From NCBI RefSeq assembly GCF_009914755.1, contig NC_060925.1: a stretch of 64,000 bases of DNA. One strand, written 5' to 3'. The stretch is from the human T2T-CHM13v2.0 reference genome, Homo sapiens. Within the stretch, counting starts at the first letter, position 1. Every line of letters starts with the position of its first letter. Position numbers and translations under genes: made by a program. Shown in pieces: positions 52,178 to 64,000 of this stretch. Under the pieces are notes generated by a model. It did not search any database and had not been told where the DNA came from. It worked only from the letters and a program-made list of their open reading frames with translations.

Positions 52178-55100
52178 GACTTCCAGTTTCCACTCTGCCT
52201 TGTAAGGTGCTTTGAAGTCTTCACTCCATCCAACAACAAGTAAAAAGATGAGCAAACTGAAAAATCAAAAACTTTTTTTAGATTCATAAGAGAAGTGAAA
52301 TGACAGGACAACCCACTGTTTCCAAAGATTGAAGAGACAAGAAGATACAGAGAACTACAACCTACTAGAACAGAAATTCGTAAGCAGAAATCTCAGGAAC
52401 CAGTATTAAGGTAGGAGAACCTGAAGTGTAATTGATGAATCTGTAGAGTCTCAATGTGGACAAGTCTGAGAGATAAAAACTCTAGGAAAATCAGTCATAG
52501 GGATGTCCTCAAATTTTTATGAGTTTCACCTCTGGGAACTCTACCTTCAAAAGTGAAGGAGAAATAAAACTCAGACAAACAAAAATAAAGGGAATTTCTG
52601 ACCAGTAGATCTGCTTTGTAATAGGTATGATAAGAAGGAAAATGATGTAGGTTAGAAACTTGAATCTACACAAAGAAAGTAATAGCATTAGAAAAATGCT
52701 ATAAAAGGAAAGAAAATAGAATCACATGAAATAGTCAATTAAAACCACAAAAGGCAGAAAAAGTATTGAAGACTAAAATACAAACAAAGGACAAGGGCAA
52801 AAAATAGAAAACAGTAAGAAATATAGTAGATATTGTTTCAACTATATCAATAATCACCTTAAATGTCAATGATTGAAATGCACCAATTTTAAGAAATTTT
52901 TGTCAGAGTAGATTAAAAAAAGAGGACCCAACAATATATTGTCTGTAAGAAACCCCTTTTAAAAATGAAAGCACACATAATTAATCATAAATAAATGAAG
53001 AAATATATATAATGGTAATGGTAATCAGTAGATAGTGGAAGTAGTTATAATAATTTCAGATAGAACAGACATCAGAGCAAGAAAAGTTATCTAGGATAAA
53101 CAGAGCACTACATAATGATAAAAGGGTCAATTTTCCAAGAAGACATAACAATCATTAATATGTATGTGCCTGGTATGGTTTGGCTATGTCCCCAACCATA
53201 TCTCATCTTTAATTCCCAAGTGTTGTGGTAGGTAATTGAATCATGGGGGCAGGTCTTTCCCATGCTGTTCTCATGATAGTGAGTAAGTCTTATGAGATCT
53301 CATGGTTATTATAAGGGGGAGTTTTCCTGCACAGCTCTCTTTTTGCCTGCTGCCATCCATGTAAGATGTGACTTGCTCCTCCTTGCCTTCCACCATGATT
53401 TTGAGGCTTCCACAGTGACATGAAACTGTAATCCAATTAAATCTCTTTCTATTGTAAATTGCCCATTCTCGAGTATATCTTTATCAGTAACATGAAAATG
53501 GACTAATACAGTAAATTGGTACCAGGAGTGGGATGCTGCTGAAAAGATACCCGAAAATGTGGAAGCAACTTTGGAACTGGGTAACAGGCAGAGGTTGGAA
53601 CAGTTTGGAGAGCTCAGAAGAAGACAGGAAAATGTGGAAAAGTTTGGAACACTTGTTGAATGGCTTTGCCCAAAATGCTGATATTGATATGTACAATAAG
53701 GTACACGCTGAGGTGGTCTCAGATGGAGATGAGAAGCTTGTTGTGAACTGGAGCAAAGGCGACTCTTGTTATGTTGTAGCAAAGATACTGGTGGCATTTT
53801 GCCCCTGCCCTAGAGATTTGTGGAATTTTGAACTTGAGAGGGATGATTTAGGGTAGCTGGTGGAAGAAATTTCTGAGTAGCAAAACATTCAAGATGTGAC
53901 TTGGGTGCTGTTAAAGGACTCAGTTTTATTAGGGAAGCAGAGCATACAAGTTGAAAAATTTGCAGCCTCACAATGTGATAGAAAAGAAAAATCCATTTTC
54001 TGAGGAGAAATTCAAGCCAGCTGCAGAAAATTGCATAAGTAACAAGGAGATGAATGTTAATCCCCAAGACAATGTCTCTAGGGCATGTCAGAGGTCTTCA
54101 CAACCACCTCTCCCATCACAAGCCCAGAGAAAATGGTTTTATCAGCCAAGCCCAGGGTTCCTGTGCTGTATTCAGCCTAGGGACTTGGTGCCCTGCATTC
54201 CAGCCACTCCAGTGGTGACTAAAACGGGCCAAGGTGCAGCTTGGCCTATTGCTTCAGAGGATGCAAGCCCCAAGTCTTGGCAGCTTTCATATGGTGTTGA
54301 GCCTGCAGGTACACAGAAATCAAGAATTGAGGTTTAGGAACCTCTGCCTAGATTTCAGAAGATACCTGGAAAAGCCTGAATGCCTAGGCAGAAGTTTGCT
54401 GCAGGGGTGGGGCTGTCATGGAGAATCTCTGCTAGGACAGTGCGGAAGGGAAATGTGGGGTCAGAGCCCCCACACAGAGTCCTTACTGGGGTACCACCTA
54501 GTGGATCTGTGAGAGAGGGCCATGGTCCTCCAGACCCCAGAATGGTAGATCCACCAACAGCTTGCACCATGTGCGTGGAAAAGCTGCAGACACTCAATAC
54601 CAGCCTGTGAAGGCAGCCAGGAGGGAGGCTGCACACTGCAAAGCCACAGGGGTGGAGGTGCTCAAACCATGGGAACTTACCTCTTACATCAGCATGACCT
54701 GGATGTGAGACATTGAGTCAAAGTAGATCATTTTGGAGCTTTAAGATTTGACTGTCCTGCTGGATTTTGGACTTGCATGGGACCTGTAACTCCTTTGTTT
54801 GGGCCAATTTCTCCCATTTGGAATGGCTGTATTTACCCAATGCCTGTACCCCCATTATATCTAGGAAGTAACTAAGTTGCTTTTGATTTTACAGGCTCAC
54901 AGGCGGAAGGGATTTGCCTTTTCTCAGATGAGACTTTGGACTGTGGACTTTTGAGTTAATGCTGAAATGAGTCAGGACTTTAGGGAACTGCTGGGAAGGC
55001 ATGATTAGTTTTGAAATGTGAAGGTATGAGATTTGGGAGGGGCCAGGGTGGAAATGATATGGTTTGGCTCTGTATCCCCACCCAAATCTCATTTTGTAGG

Positions 55101-56460
55101 TCCCATAATTCCCATGTGTTGTTGGAGTGACCTGGTGGGAGATAACTGAATCATGGGAGTGGGTCTTTCCTGTGCTGTTCTCATGATAGTGAATGGGTCT
55201 CATGAGATGTGGTGGCTTTAAAAATGGGAATTTCCCTGCACAAGCTTTCTTCTCTTGTCTGCTGCCTTGTGAGATGTGACTTTCACTTTCTGCCATGATT
55301 GTGAGGCTTCCCCAGTCACATGGAACTTTAAGTCCAACTAAACCTTTCTTTTGTTAATTTCTCAGCCTTGGGTATGTCCTTATCAGCAGTGTGAAAATGG
55401 ACTAATACAGTGCTTGATGACAGAGCATCAAAAAACATGAGGCAAACACTGATAGAACTTCAAAGAAAAAAAATAAATTAATCTACCTACTGTTATAGTG
55501 GGAGAATTTAATTCTTCTTTGTAAAAAATGGACAGATCCAGCAGGCAGAAAATCAGTAAGGACAGAGTTGAACTCGAGAGCATCAATAGTCAAATAGCTA
55601 TGATTGACACATACAGACTACTTCATCCAATAACAGCAGGATACATGTTTTCTTCTCAAGCTGACATGAAACATCAACCAAGATAGTTTATGTTCAGGGC
55701 CATAAACCATATCTTAACAAATTTAAAAGTGTAGAAATAATACTATATCTGCTCTCAGACCACAATGAAATTAAACTAGAATTCAATTACAGAAAGATAA
55801 CAAAATCCCCAAATACTTAGAAATTAAACAATACACTTTTAAATAACACACAGATCAAAGAAAAATTTTCTAGATAAATTAGAAATATTTTACACTAAAT
55901 TAAATTGAAAATACAACACACCAATATTTATGGGATGCCTGAGAGCAATGCTTGGAGTGAAATTTATTGTATTGAATGCATAAGTAAGAAAAAAGGAAAT
56001 ATCTAAAATTAATAACCTAAGCTTCTACCTTAGAAAACTAGAGAAGAAAGAACTAATTAAATCCAAATTAATCATAAGAAAATAAATAACAAAAATTAGA
56101 CCACAAATCAATGAAATTAAAAACAGAAAATCAAGACAGAAAATTAAAAAAAAAAAAACCCTCCAACATCTGGTTCTTTGAAAAGATCAATAAAATTAAC
56201 ATGGCTCTTGCCAGTCTTACTGAGAAAAAAAACAGAGAAGACAGGTAACTATATAAGAAAAGAAAGAGGAGGTGTCCCTATAGATTCCATGGAACCTAAA
56301 TAGATAATAAAGAAAGATAATGATAGACTCTATGCCCGCAAATTGGGTAATCTAGATATTATGGACTAATTATTTGAAAGCTATAATCTGCCAAATGCAC
56401 ACAAGAATTAATAGACAATTAATAAATAATTAATAACCTTCTAAAAGATAAAGTGCCAAA
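52178..56460 (+). mobile_element. Old L1 (L1MC-type): 5' end, ORF1 end and decayed ORF2 endonuclease region, split by THE1
   Basis: The ORF2 EN-like sequence ataatgataaaagggtcaattttccaagaagacataacaatcattaatatgtatgtgcc continues after THE1 as gatgacagagcatcaaaaaacatgaggcaaa. Confidence 0.85.
53171..55409 (+). mobile_element. Full-length THE1 (A/B) MaLR element: 5' LTR 53171-53510, internal 53511-55054, 3' LTR 55055-55409
   Basis: Both LTRs run TG...ACTAATACA; the internal region starts gtaaattggtacc and ends in a purine-rich tract; TSD GTGCC (53166-70) / GTGCT (55410-14). Confidence 0.96.
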
Positions 56461-56474
56461 TCATCAAATTATCA

Positions 56475-57720
<1,246 letters not shown>

Positions 57721-58379
57721 AGTAAACTTACACTGCGGTGGTTGGCAGATACAGGGATTCCAGATTTCTCTCCAGGTATATCAAACTACTAAATACACTT
57801 AAAACAAGTAAGAAAAAATGTGTATCTTGACTTAAAAGAAGAAAGGAAAAGAATCAGTTTCAGATACTCACAACCAATAATAAGACACGCAAGGTTACTA
57901 GGCTGTGTCTTAAGGACTAGGATTGTAGTTCTCTTGCAGGAGTATATATTGAGGCTCTATGACACATGTCCCATAGATAGTTAGAGTTAGGCTCCCTGCG
58001 TAAAGCAAGATGCTGGGATATTACTAAATTACTGGGAAATTACTAAATTGCTAAAGATTGTTGAGCAGAAATGAAAAAAATATTTCTAGCAAGTCTCAGG
58101 TTTTGATCTGAATGAAAAAGATACCCTGAAAAGATGCAACAATAATCTTGCATTGGTACCACGTTTGAACCCAAATTTCACATGGAAACTTCCAGATAAG
58201 ATACAAACAGAAAGTGGTCTAGAAAAGTCAAATGTCAAATAAATATATTTTAGGCAACTGTAAAACCATCCCATAAATAGAAGCATAACTATACAATCAT
58301 ACTTGAGGCTTCCACAGAAAATGCTTTTTCTAAAAATAAGGAGAAAAATTGTAGGGTTTATGAGGAAACTGACCACTAT

Positions 58380-58960
58380 GGAAAACGCCCAGAACATTTA
58401 CAAGATGGGAGAATCTCTATACCAGATATTACATACTATGAATATTAGAACAACTTAAAGAGTATCTTTTAAAAGTGTATTTACATTTTTAAAAATAATA
58501 TATTTAAAAATAGAACTTATCAAGCAGGAATGAAACATTGTTTAAAATGAACAGGTTATTTGTGAAAGAACAAAATCTGATTCTAAGAAATAAAACTTAT
58601 AATTTTTATAACTACTTTTTAGTTAAGTTAATTAGCAATCTAGACACTGTTGAAGATAAAATAAATGAATTGGAAGAGCTATCTAGGAAATTAAGTACAA
58701 TTTACTGCAGAGAGAGAAATGGATTTGAATTATAAAATAAAATGCTAAGAGATATGGAGGGATAAATAATCTGTACAAACACACACACTCAAAATAGAGT
58801 TTAAGGAATTAACTATACAAAGGGCACTCTTAAAAGTGAAAATAGCTTAAAATTCTGTAGAACTAAAGAAGAGCTCAAATTCTTATGTTGAAATGTAAGG
58901 AGAAAAATCAAACTTTTTATGAAAAGAACAAAGAAGAAAAATGTTCTCTAGGGACTCCCA
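58380..58960 (+). mobile_element. Very old L1/HAL1 ORF1 remnant
   Basis: ORF 58538..58735 contains 'LISNLDTVEDKINELEE', resembling the L1 ORF1 coiled coil; boundaries are uncertain. Confidence 0.55.
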
Positions 58961-60145
58961 GAAATCAGTTAAGAAAAGTAAGTTAAAGAACATATAGAAA
59001 ATGGGCTGGGCATATTCGGATCATAAATTGAGGATTCAAAGGACTGAAAAGGAATATTCTGAGAGGTAAGGGGTAGTGAATATTTAGTATCAATAGAAAA
59101 TGTACAAAACAGGATGCCACTGGGAATTCAAGATTAGAGGGCTGACCTGATAGTCCTGGGCTTTTGGAAGAATCCGAGGTATTCAGGAAGCATGAGGTAT
59201 GATCACAGTATTTCAAAGGAAACAAAGCAATTATAAAAGGTATTTCTTAGTATGAACTTGATAAAATAAGGCATTGTGACATCTCTCCCTAGCTTGCAAC
59301 AAGGAGGCCTTTAGCTGTGAGATGTCAGCATTATCTTTGCATGTGTACAAGGCAGATGACAGCTTCTGAAGAATTCTTTTTAAGGCATATCTTGAAAGGG
59401 AGGCAAGAGACATCAAGCGCCAGTTAAGCAGTTACTCAACTGCTCTCCTATGACTTGTGTGATGGTTTCATGGGTGTGAGGCAATAAGGCTTTGACTGAT
59501 ATTCCTTCAATTGAATGTCACCTTCAAGTTGATCTGTTCTTCATCATACCCTAGTTTGGGCAGAAAAATTCTCATTCACTCAAATGGATTGTATAACTTG
59601 AGACTAAGGTAGTAAACAACAACATAGAGTTTTTAAATCTAGGCTATAATACTGAGGATACAAATTTAGTTTGTTTTTTCATTCTTTTTGGCTCTGGCTT
59701 AGCTAGTAACCCATTTGACTATGCTGTCAAAGTAAGTCCTTTCAGAAATTGAGCACCATGGTGAAGGGAGTTCAATATCAGCACTTAGTTTATGTCCTGT
59801 CTGACTCTAGCAGTAAAAAGTCACTCTACTTCTGCCATGTTGTTTTTTATTGTTTATGATGCCAAACAAAGCAGTTACCTTAATAATATTTTCTTGGTTG
59901 ATTTTAAAGATCAATAGTGTATGCTGATGAGAAAATTGCAATTAAGAAAAACAGCTGGACTTCTTCCAACATAATTGAAATGAAATAAACAATTTCGCAA
60001 TGTCAAAATCTTGCTTTTATCATATTATGATCTATTTTAATTGCATTTTCTTTTCTAAAATGCTTAAATGCTAATTATCTTAAATCATAATAACTTTACA
60101 ATAGCTTTCAACTTGTGAATAAAATATAATTTAATTTAAACTTTC

Positions 60146-60738
60146 TGTACTAGTCAGGATACTCCAGAGAAACAGAACAAATATATAGATAGATATATCA
60201 TATAAATACAGATATAATATAGATATAGGTACCATATAGATATACATGTAGATATATAAAAAGAGATTTAATATAAGGGATTGGCTTACATGGTTAAGGG
60301 GGCTGAACAGTTCTACAATCTTCCGTCTGCAAGCTGGATGACCAGGAAAGTAGGGCCTGAGAACCAGGGGAAACGATGGTGTAAGTCCCAATCTGAGTCT
60401 AAGGACCTGAGAACCAGGATCATTGGTGTCCAAGGGCAGGAGAAGATGGAAGTCCCAGCTCAACCACAGAAAGGGCAAGGGCAGGAGAAGATGGAAGTCC
60501 CACTTAACCACAGAGAGTGAGTTCACCCCCTTCTTCTGCCTTTAAGTATTATTTGGGTCCTCATGAGATTGGATGATGCCTGCCCACATTAGTAAAGAGG
60601 GATCGTCTTTACTCAGTCTACCAATTCAAATGCTAATCACTTCCAGAAACACCCTCACAGACACACTTATAAATAATGTTTTCTCAGATACCTGTGGACT
60701 CCTAACTCAGTGAAGTTGGCATAAAATTAACCATCACA
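60146..60738 (-). mobile_element. MLT2B-type ERVL solo LTR with an internal 45-bp tandem duplication
   Basis: tgtactagtcaggatactccagagaaacagaac...ataaaattaaccatcaca; TSD CTTTC/CTCTC; duplication at 60431-60475 and 60476-60519. Confidence 0.9.
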
Positions 60739-62059
60739 CTCTCTTTCTTTCCTTTAGATACATTAGTGCCTAGTATTACGGAATATTTTCCTTCCATTAT
60801 GCTTTTGTGCTTGAGCTATACATTTTTATATAAGGGCACAATATTATTCACTCTATTCTATTAATGGAAGTTAAAATGAAAGTACAAATTCTCACTGGGT
60901 TTGCCCATGACTGTCCTCATCACATATTTATCAGTAGACTCCTAATTTATATACTTGTTAACAAACTATCTCTGCCATCAACAGTAACCTGGCCTCTTTT
61001 ACACCTGAAATGACTGAAATCATGAAACAATAATTTTTTTTTCACATCTAGGGCATTGTTAGGCTAACTCTCTTCTCTGATAAATATTATACTATATCAT
61101 GCATGCAAAAATTATCTTGATATAGAAAATTACTATAGAGCACTTCATGTCTTTGCTATTAGCCTTTGTTACAGGAATTTGTAAATTTATACAAATCATT
61201 TCTTAGGATTAGGCCATGGAAGCCTTGATGTATTTGGCTCAATGACAGGTGTTTAAGTCCATCTCTTTAGAGTATGAGTGAAAAAAGTGTTGCTACCTGG
61301 AATTTTGTGATGACTATTGCCTGTTATGCAGAATTGTTTAAGAGTCTCTCCTCACTGTCTCGTGAGGTTTTGGTGTTAAAGTTCAACGGATACTAACTGT
61401 AAAGTGAATAGCACATAATAAACATTGGTAATCCTTACTTTCCACTTTTAAACTTTCCTTGCTACCTTTATTTCAGATACTTATTTTCCTCTTCTGAACT
61501 TGTATTGCATGTTTTTCTTCCTTTATGTAAACTTTCATACTCTATAGTTTCATAGGATTATTTGTAAATATCTCATTATTTTTTCCTCACAAGGTTTTAA
61601 AGTGTGGTTCTACTGATATATTCATGCTGGTATCACACTAAAGACGAGGACAATAGTAAAATGTATTTATTTTGGGAATGCATATCTAAAGATATTTAAG
61701 AAAGCACAAAGCATATTGATAATTGTATGTGATTATTATTAACTACCTAATTACCTTCATTATAGTTCCCCAGTTATCTTTGCATTTTCCTATTTATTAG
61801 CTTCCACATCAGGTAAGTTACATAGTCATGTATGTCCTATTTATAAAAATCTCTTCTAAACCTGTTTCTCTTTTTTATTACCATTTTCACTGTCTATTAT
61901 TAAATGCTAATAAGCAACTTTTCAGGTCCCCAAAATAACCTTGCAAGTGATCTTCCAGGGTTTTCTCTCAAGTCAAATATTTTCTTTCCTAAGTTTTTAA
62001 AATATTGATCCTATCATTGATTCTAATGTTAGGCAAACAAACAAAAAAATCATTAGAAT

Positions 62060-62885
62060 ATCACAAAATGCCCTTGACCATCTGACTGCAAGCTCCCTTT
62101 CTAACTTTATCTCTCAAAATTCCATACCTTATACTTAGGCACACCAAATGGTAAGCTCAATTCTAGTAACATAAATAATTGTCATACTACAATGACTGCA
62201 TTTGAAGTTGCCATTTCTTGGAATGCCTTTAGCTGAACTGCTGCACCAGGTGTATTTGCTTCAATCTTGAAGATCCTCATCAGCTATCCCTCTTTTCTTT
62301 TTTTTTTTTTTGGAGACGGAGTCTCACTCTGTTGCCCAGGCTGGAGTGCAGTGGCGCTATCTCGGCTCACTGCAAGCTCCGCCTCCTGGGTTCACGCCAT
62401 TCTCCTGCCTCAGCCTGGTGAGTAGCTGGGACTAACAGGCGCCCGCCACCAAGCCCGGCTAGTTTTTTTGTGTTTTTTAGTAGAGATGGGGGTTTCACCG
62501 TGTTAGCCAGGATGGTCTCGATCTCCTGACCTCGTGATCTGCCCGCCTCGGCCTCCCAAAGTGCTGGGATTACAGGCGTGAGCCACCGCACCCGGCCAGC
62601 TATCCCTCTTTTCAATGGATTTGTCACCTCACCCACCCTAATAACACAAATAGATTAAGTCATTGCTCAAATATTAATACAATCTCCCTAGAAAAGCCTC
62701 CTGTGAATCACCTGTGATTATAACTCTATTCTCTATTCCATTACCCAACTGATATACTGATAAATCTTTTTCAAATTGTCTTCTTCATGAGACTATAAGC
62801 TCTAAGAGAGCAGGGACTTTATCACTTCCTTATTCTCATGTATTAGAATGGTGATCACCACATATCATGCCCCAAATATTATTTC
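62060..62885 (+). mobile_element. L2 3' fragment interrupted by AluY
   Basis: gccatttcttggaatgcc...tgctcaaatatta...gactataagctctaagagagcagggact. Confidence 0.55.
62298..62597 (-). mobile_element. AluY
   Basis: Diagnostics tgcaagctccgcc, ttcacgccattctc and gttagccaggatgg; CpG-rich; perfect 16-bp TSD AGCTATCCCTCTTTTC at 62282-97 and 62598-613. Confidence 0.97.
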
Positions 62886-64000
62886 TTTTTCTTACAAGTA
62901 TAAATAGTGGTGTACTGTGTAAACTTTGACAACCTGAACATTTAATGTCATGGAAAATATCCTATACAGTTACCTTTTAGATTGATTATTAGAATACTAT
63001 AGTGTATTAAGTTTCATTATCATTTGTTATTGTTTATGAACATTGATGCATGAAAAATGTTTTTTCTCAGTAGCAAGCATTGAGTTTTCTATTAATTTTA
63101 TATCATAATTAGTTATGTATTCTGAAATAATGTATCATGTTATTTATATATCTCTAATGATCATTTTTAATTCTGTATTTGGTACTCATTGTTCACTTAT
63201 TTCTCTCATAATCACATCAAATATTAAAAAATATTATTTTCAATATAATGTATTATATTTTCTATTTGGAAAAAATGAAGATCCTCTCAAATATTAAGGA
63301 ATCGCATTATAATCTGAATGAAAAATAACTTAATAATGCTATTAGGGAAGCTACAATTCCTATCCTAGGCTTTATGATAATTTATTTCTGAGTATTGTTT
63401 GAGAAGAATCTTACACATATTTAATAGTACAAAATTCAATCAATGTTTAGCATGTTACTACGTCAGAAAACTACTGAATACTTACAATACATATATATTG
63501 CTTTAAATATAGTGAATTTGTACATTTTGGAGTTGTTATCTGGAACTTTCTGCCAAGTATCTGAGATCACAGGGCTTCAGAAGCAAATCAAACCTGTGGA
63601 TGGGGGTGGGGTGTCTCTTGCTCTCTTTACATATATTATAGATGATACATATGAATATATATTTTATTTGTATGTGCACTTTCAAATAAGAAGATTAACT
63701 CATGATCTGATATCTGGAGAGCTTGTTCTTATCTGCTTCCAGGAATCTGAACGCATGGGCAAGAAATCTTTTTGATTTCTTAATCATAAATAAAACTTAC
63801 ATCATTTTCTTTCAAGCATACTGTGTAGCGTGCCAGCATTTCCTCCTTGTCAAGCATGTCAAGTATGGGACATTATCTCACAATTGATATATATTTTAAA
63901 TTGCCTGACTTGCTTGTAACTATGGACTAAGACATACATTCTATCAGATACAAAAAATTACAGTGAAACAACACTAAAATCTAGCTTTATTGGCTTTCCC

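Noticed and set aside
53309-55296. Cluster of 76-162 aa ORFs on both strands
   Set aside because: All lie in THE1 LTR or internal sequence; fragmented MaLR remnants with no intact gag or pol.
63443-63775. 110-aa ORF in non-repeat DNA
   Set aside because: AT-rich composition with no recognisable domain or splice support; expected by chance in 64 kb.

Overview
AT-rich primate genomic DNA; AluY copies imply a catarrhine, but the species and locus cannot be determined from sequence alone. It looks intergenic or deep intronic. I find no credible protein-coding exon, RNA gene, CpG island or CRISPR array. The listed ORFs are chance ORFs or lie in Alu, THE1-internal, MLT, MER45 or decayed L1 sequence. 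A large part of the window is interspersed repeats: about 11 Alu/FLAM copies, several old L1M/L1P fragments, L2/MIR relics, MaLR/ERVL/ERV1 LTRs (including a full-length THE1 inside L1 ORF2) and DNA-transposon MITEs (Tigger4b, MER47, MER45, MER103, MADE1). Family names come from recalled consensus sequences, so subfamily calls and some boundaries are approximate. I see no new gene system. The best leads are: (1) a MADE1/Hsmar1 MITE that appears to have captured about 200 bp of a neighbouring, older MSTA LTR; (2) a roughly 94-nt pre-miRNA-like hairpin in unique DNA with a template-switch footprint; (3) a THE1 element whose two LTRs differ in blocks; (4) two candidate regulatory motif clusters.
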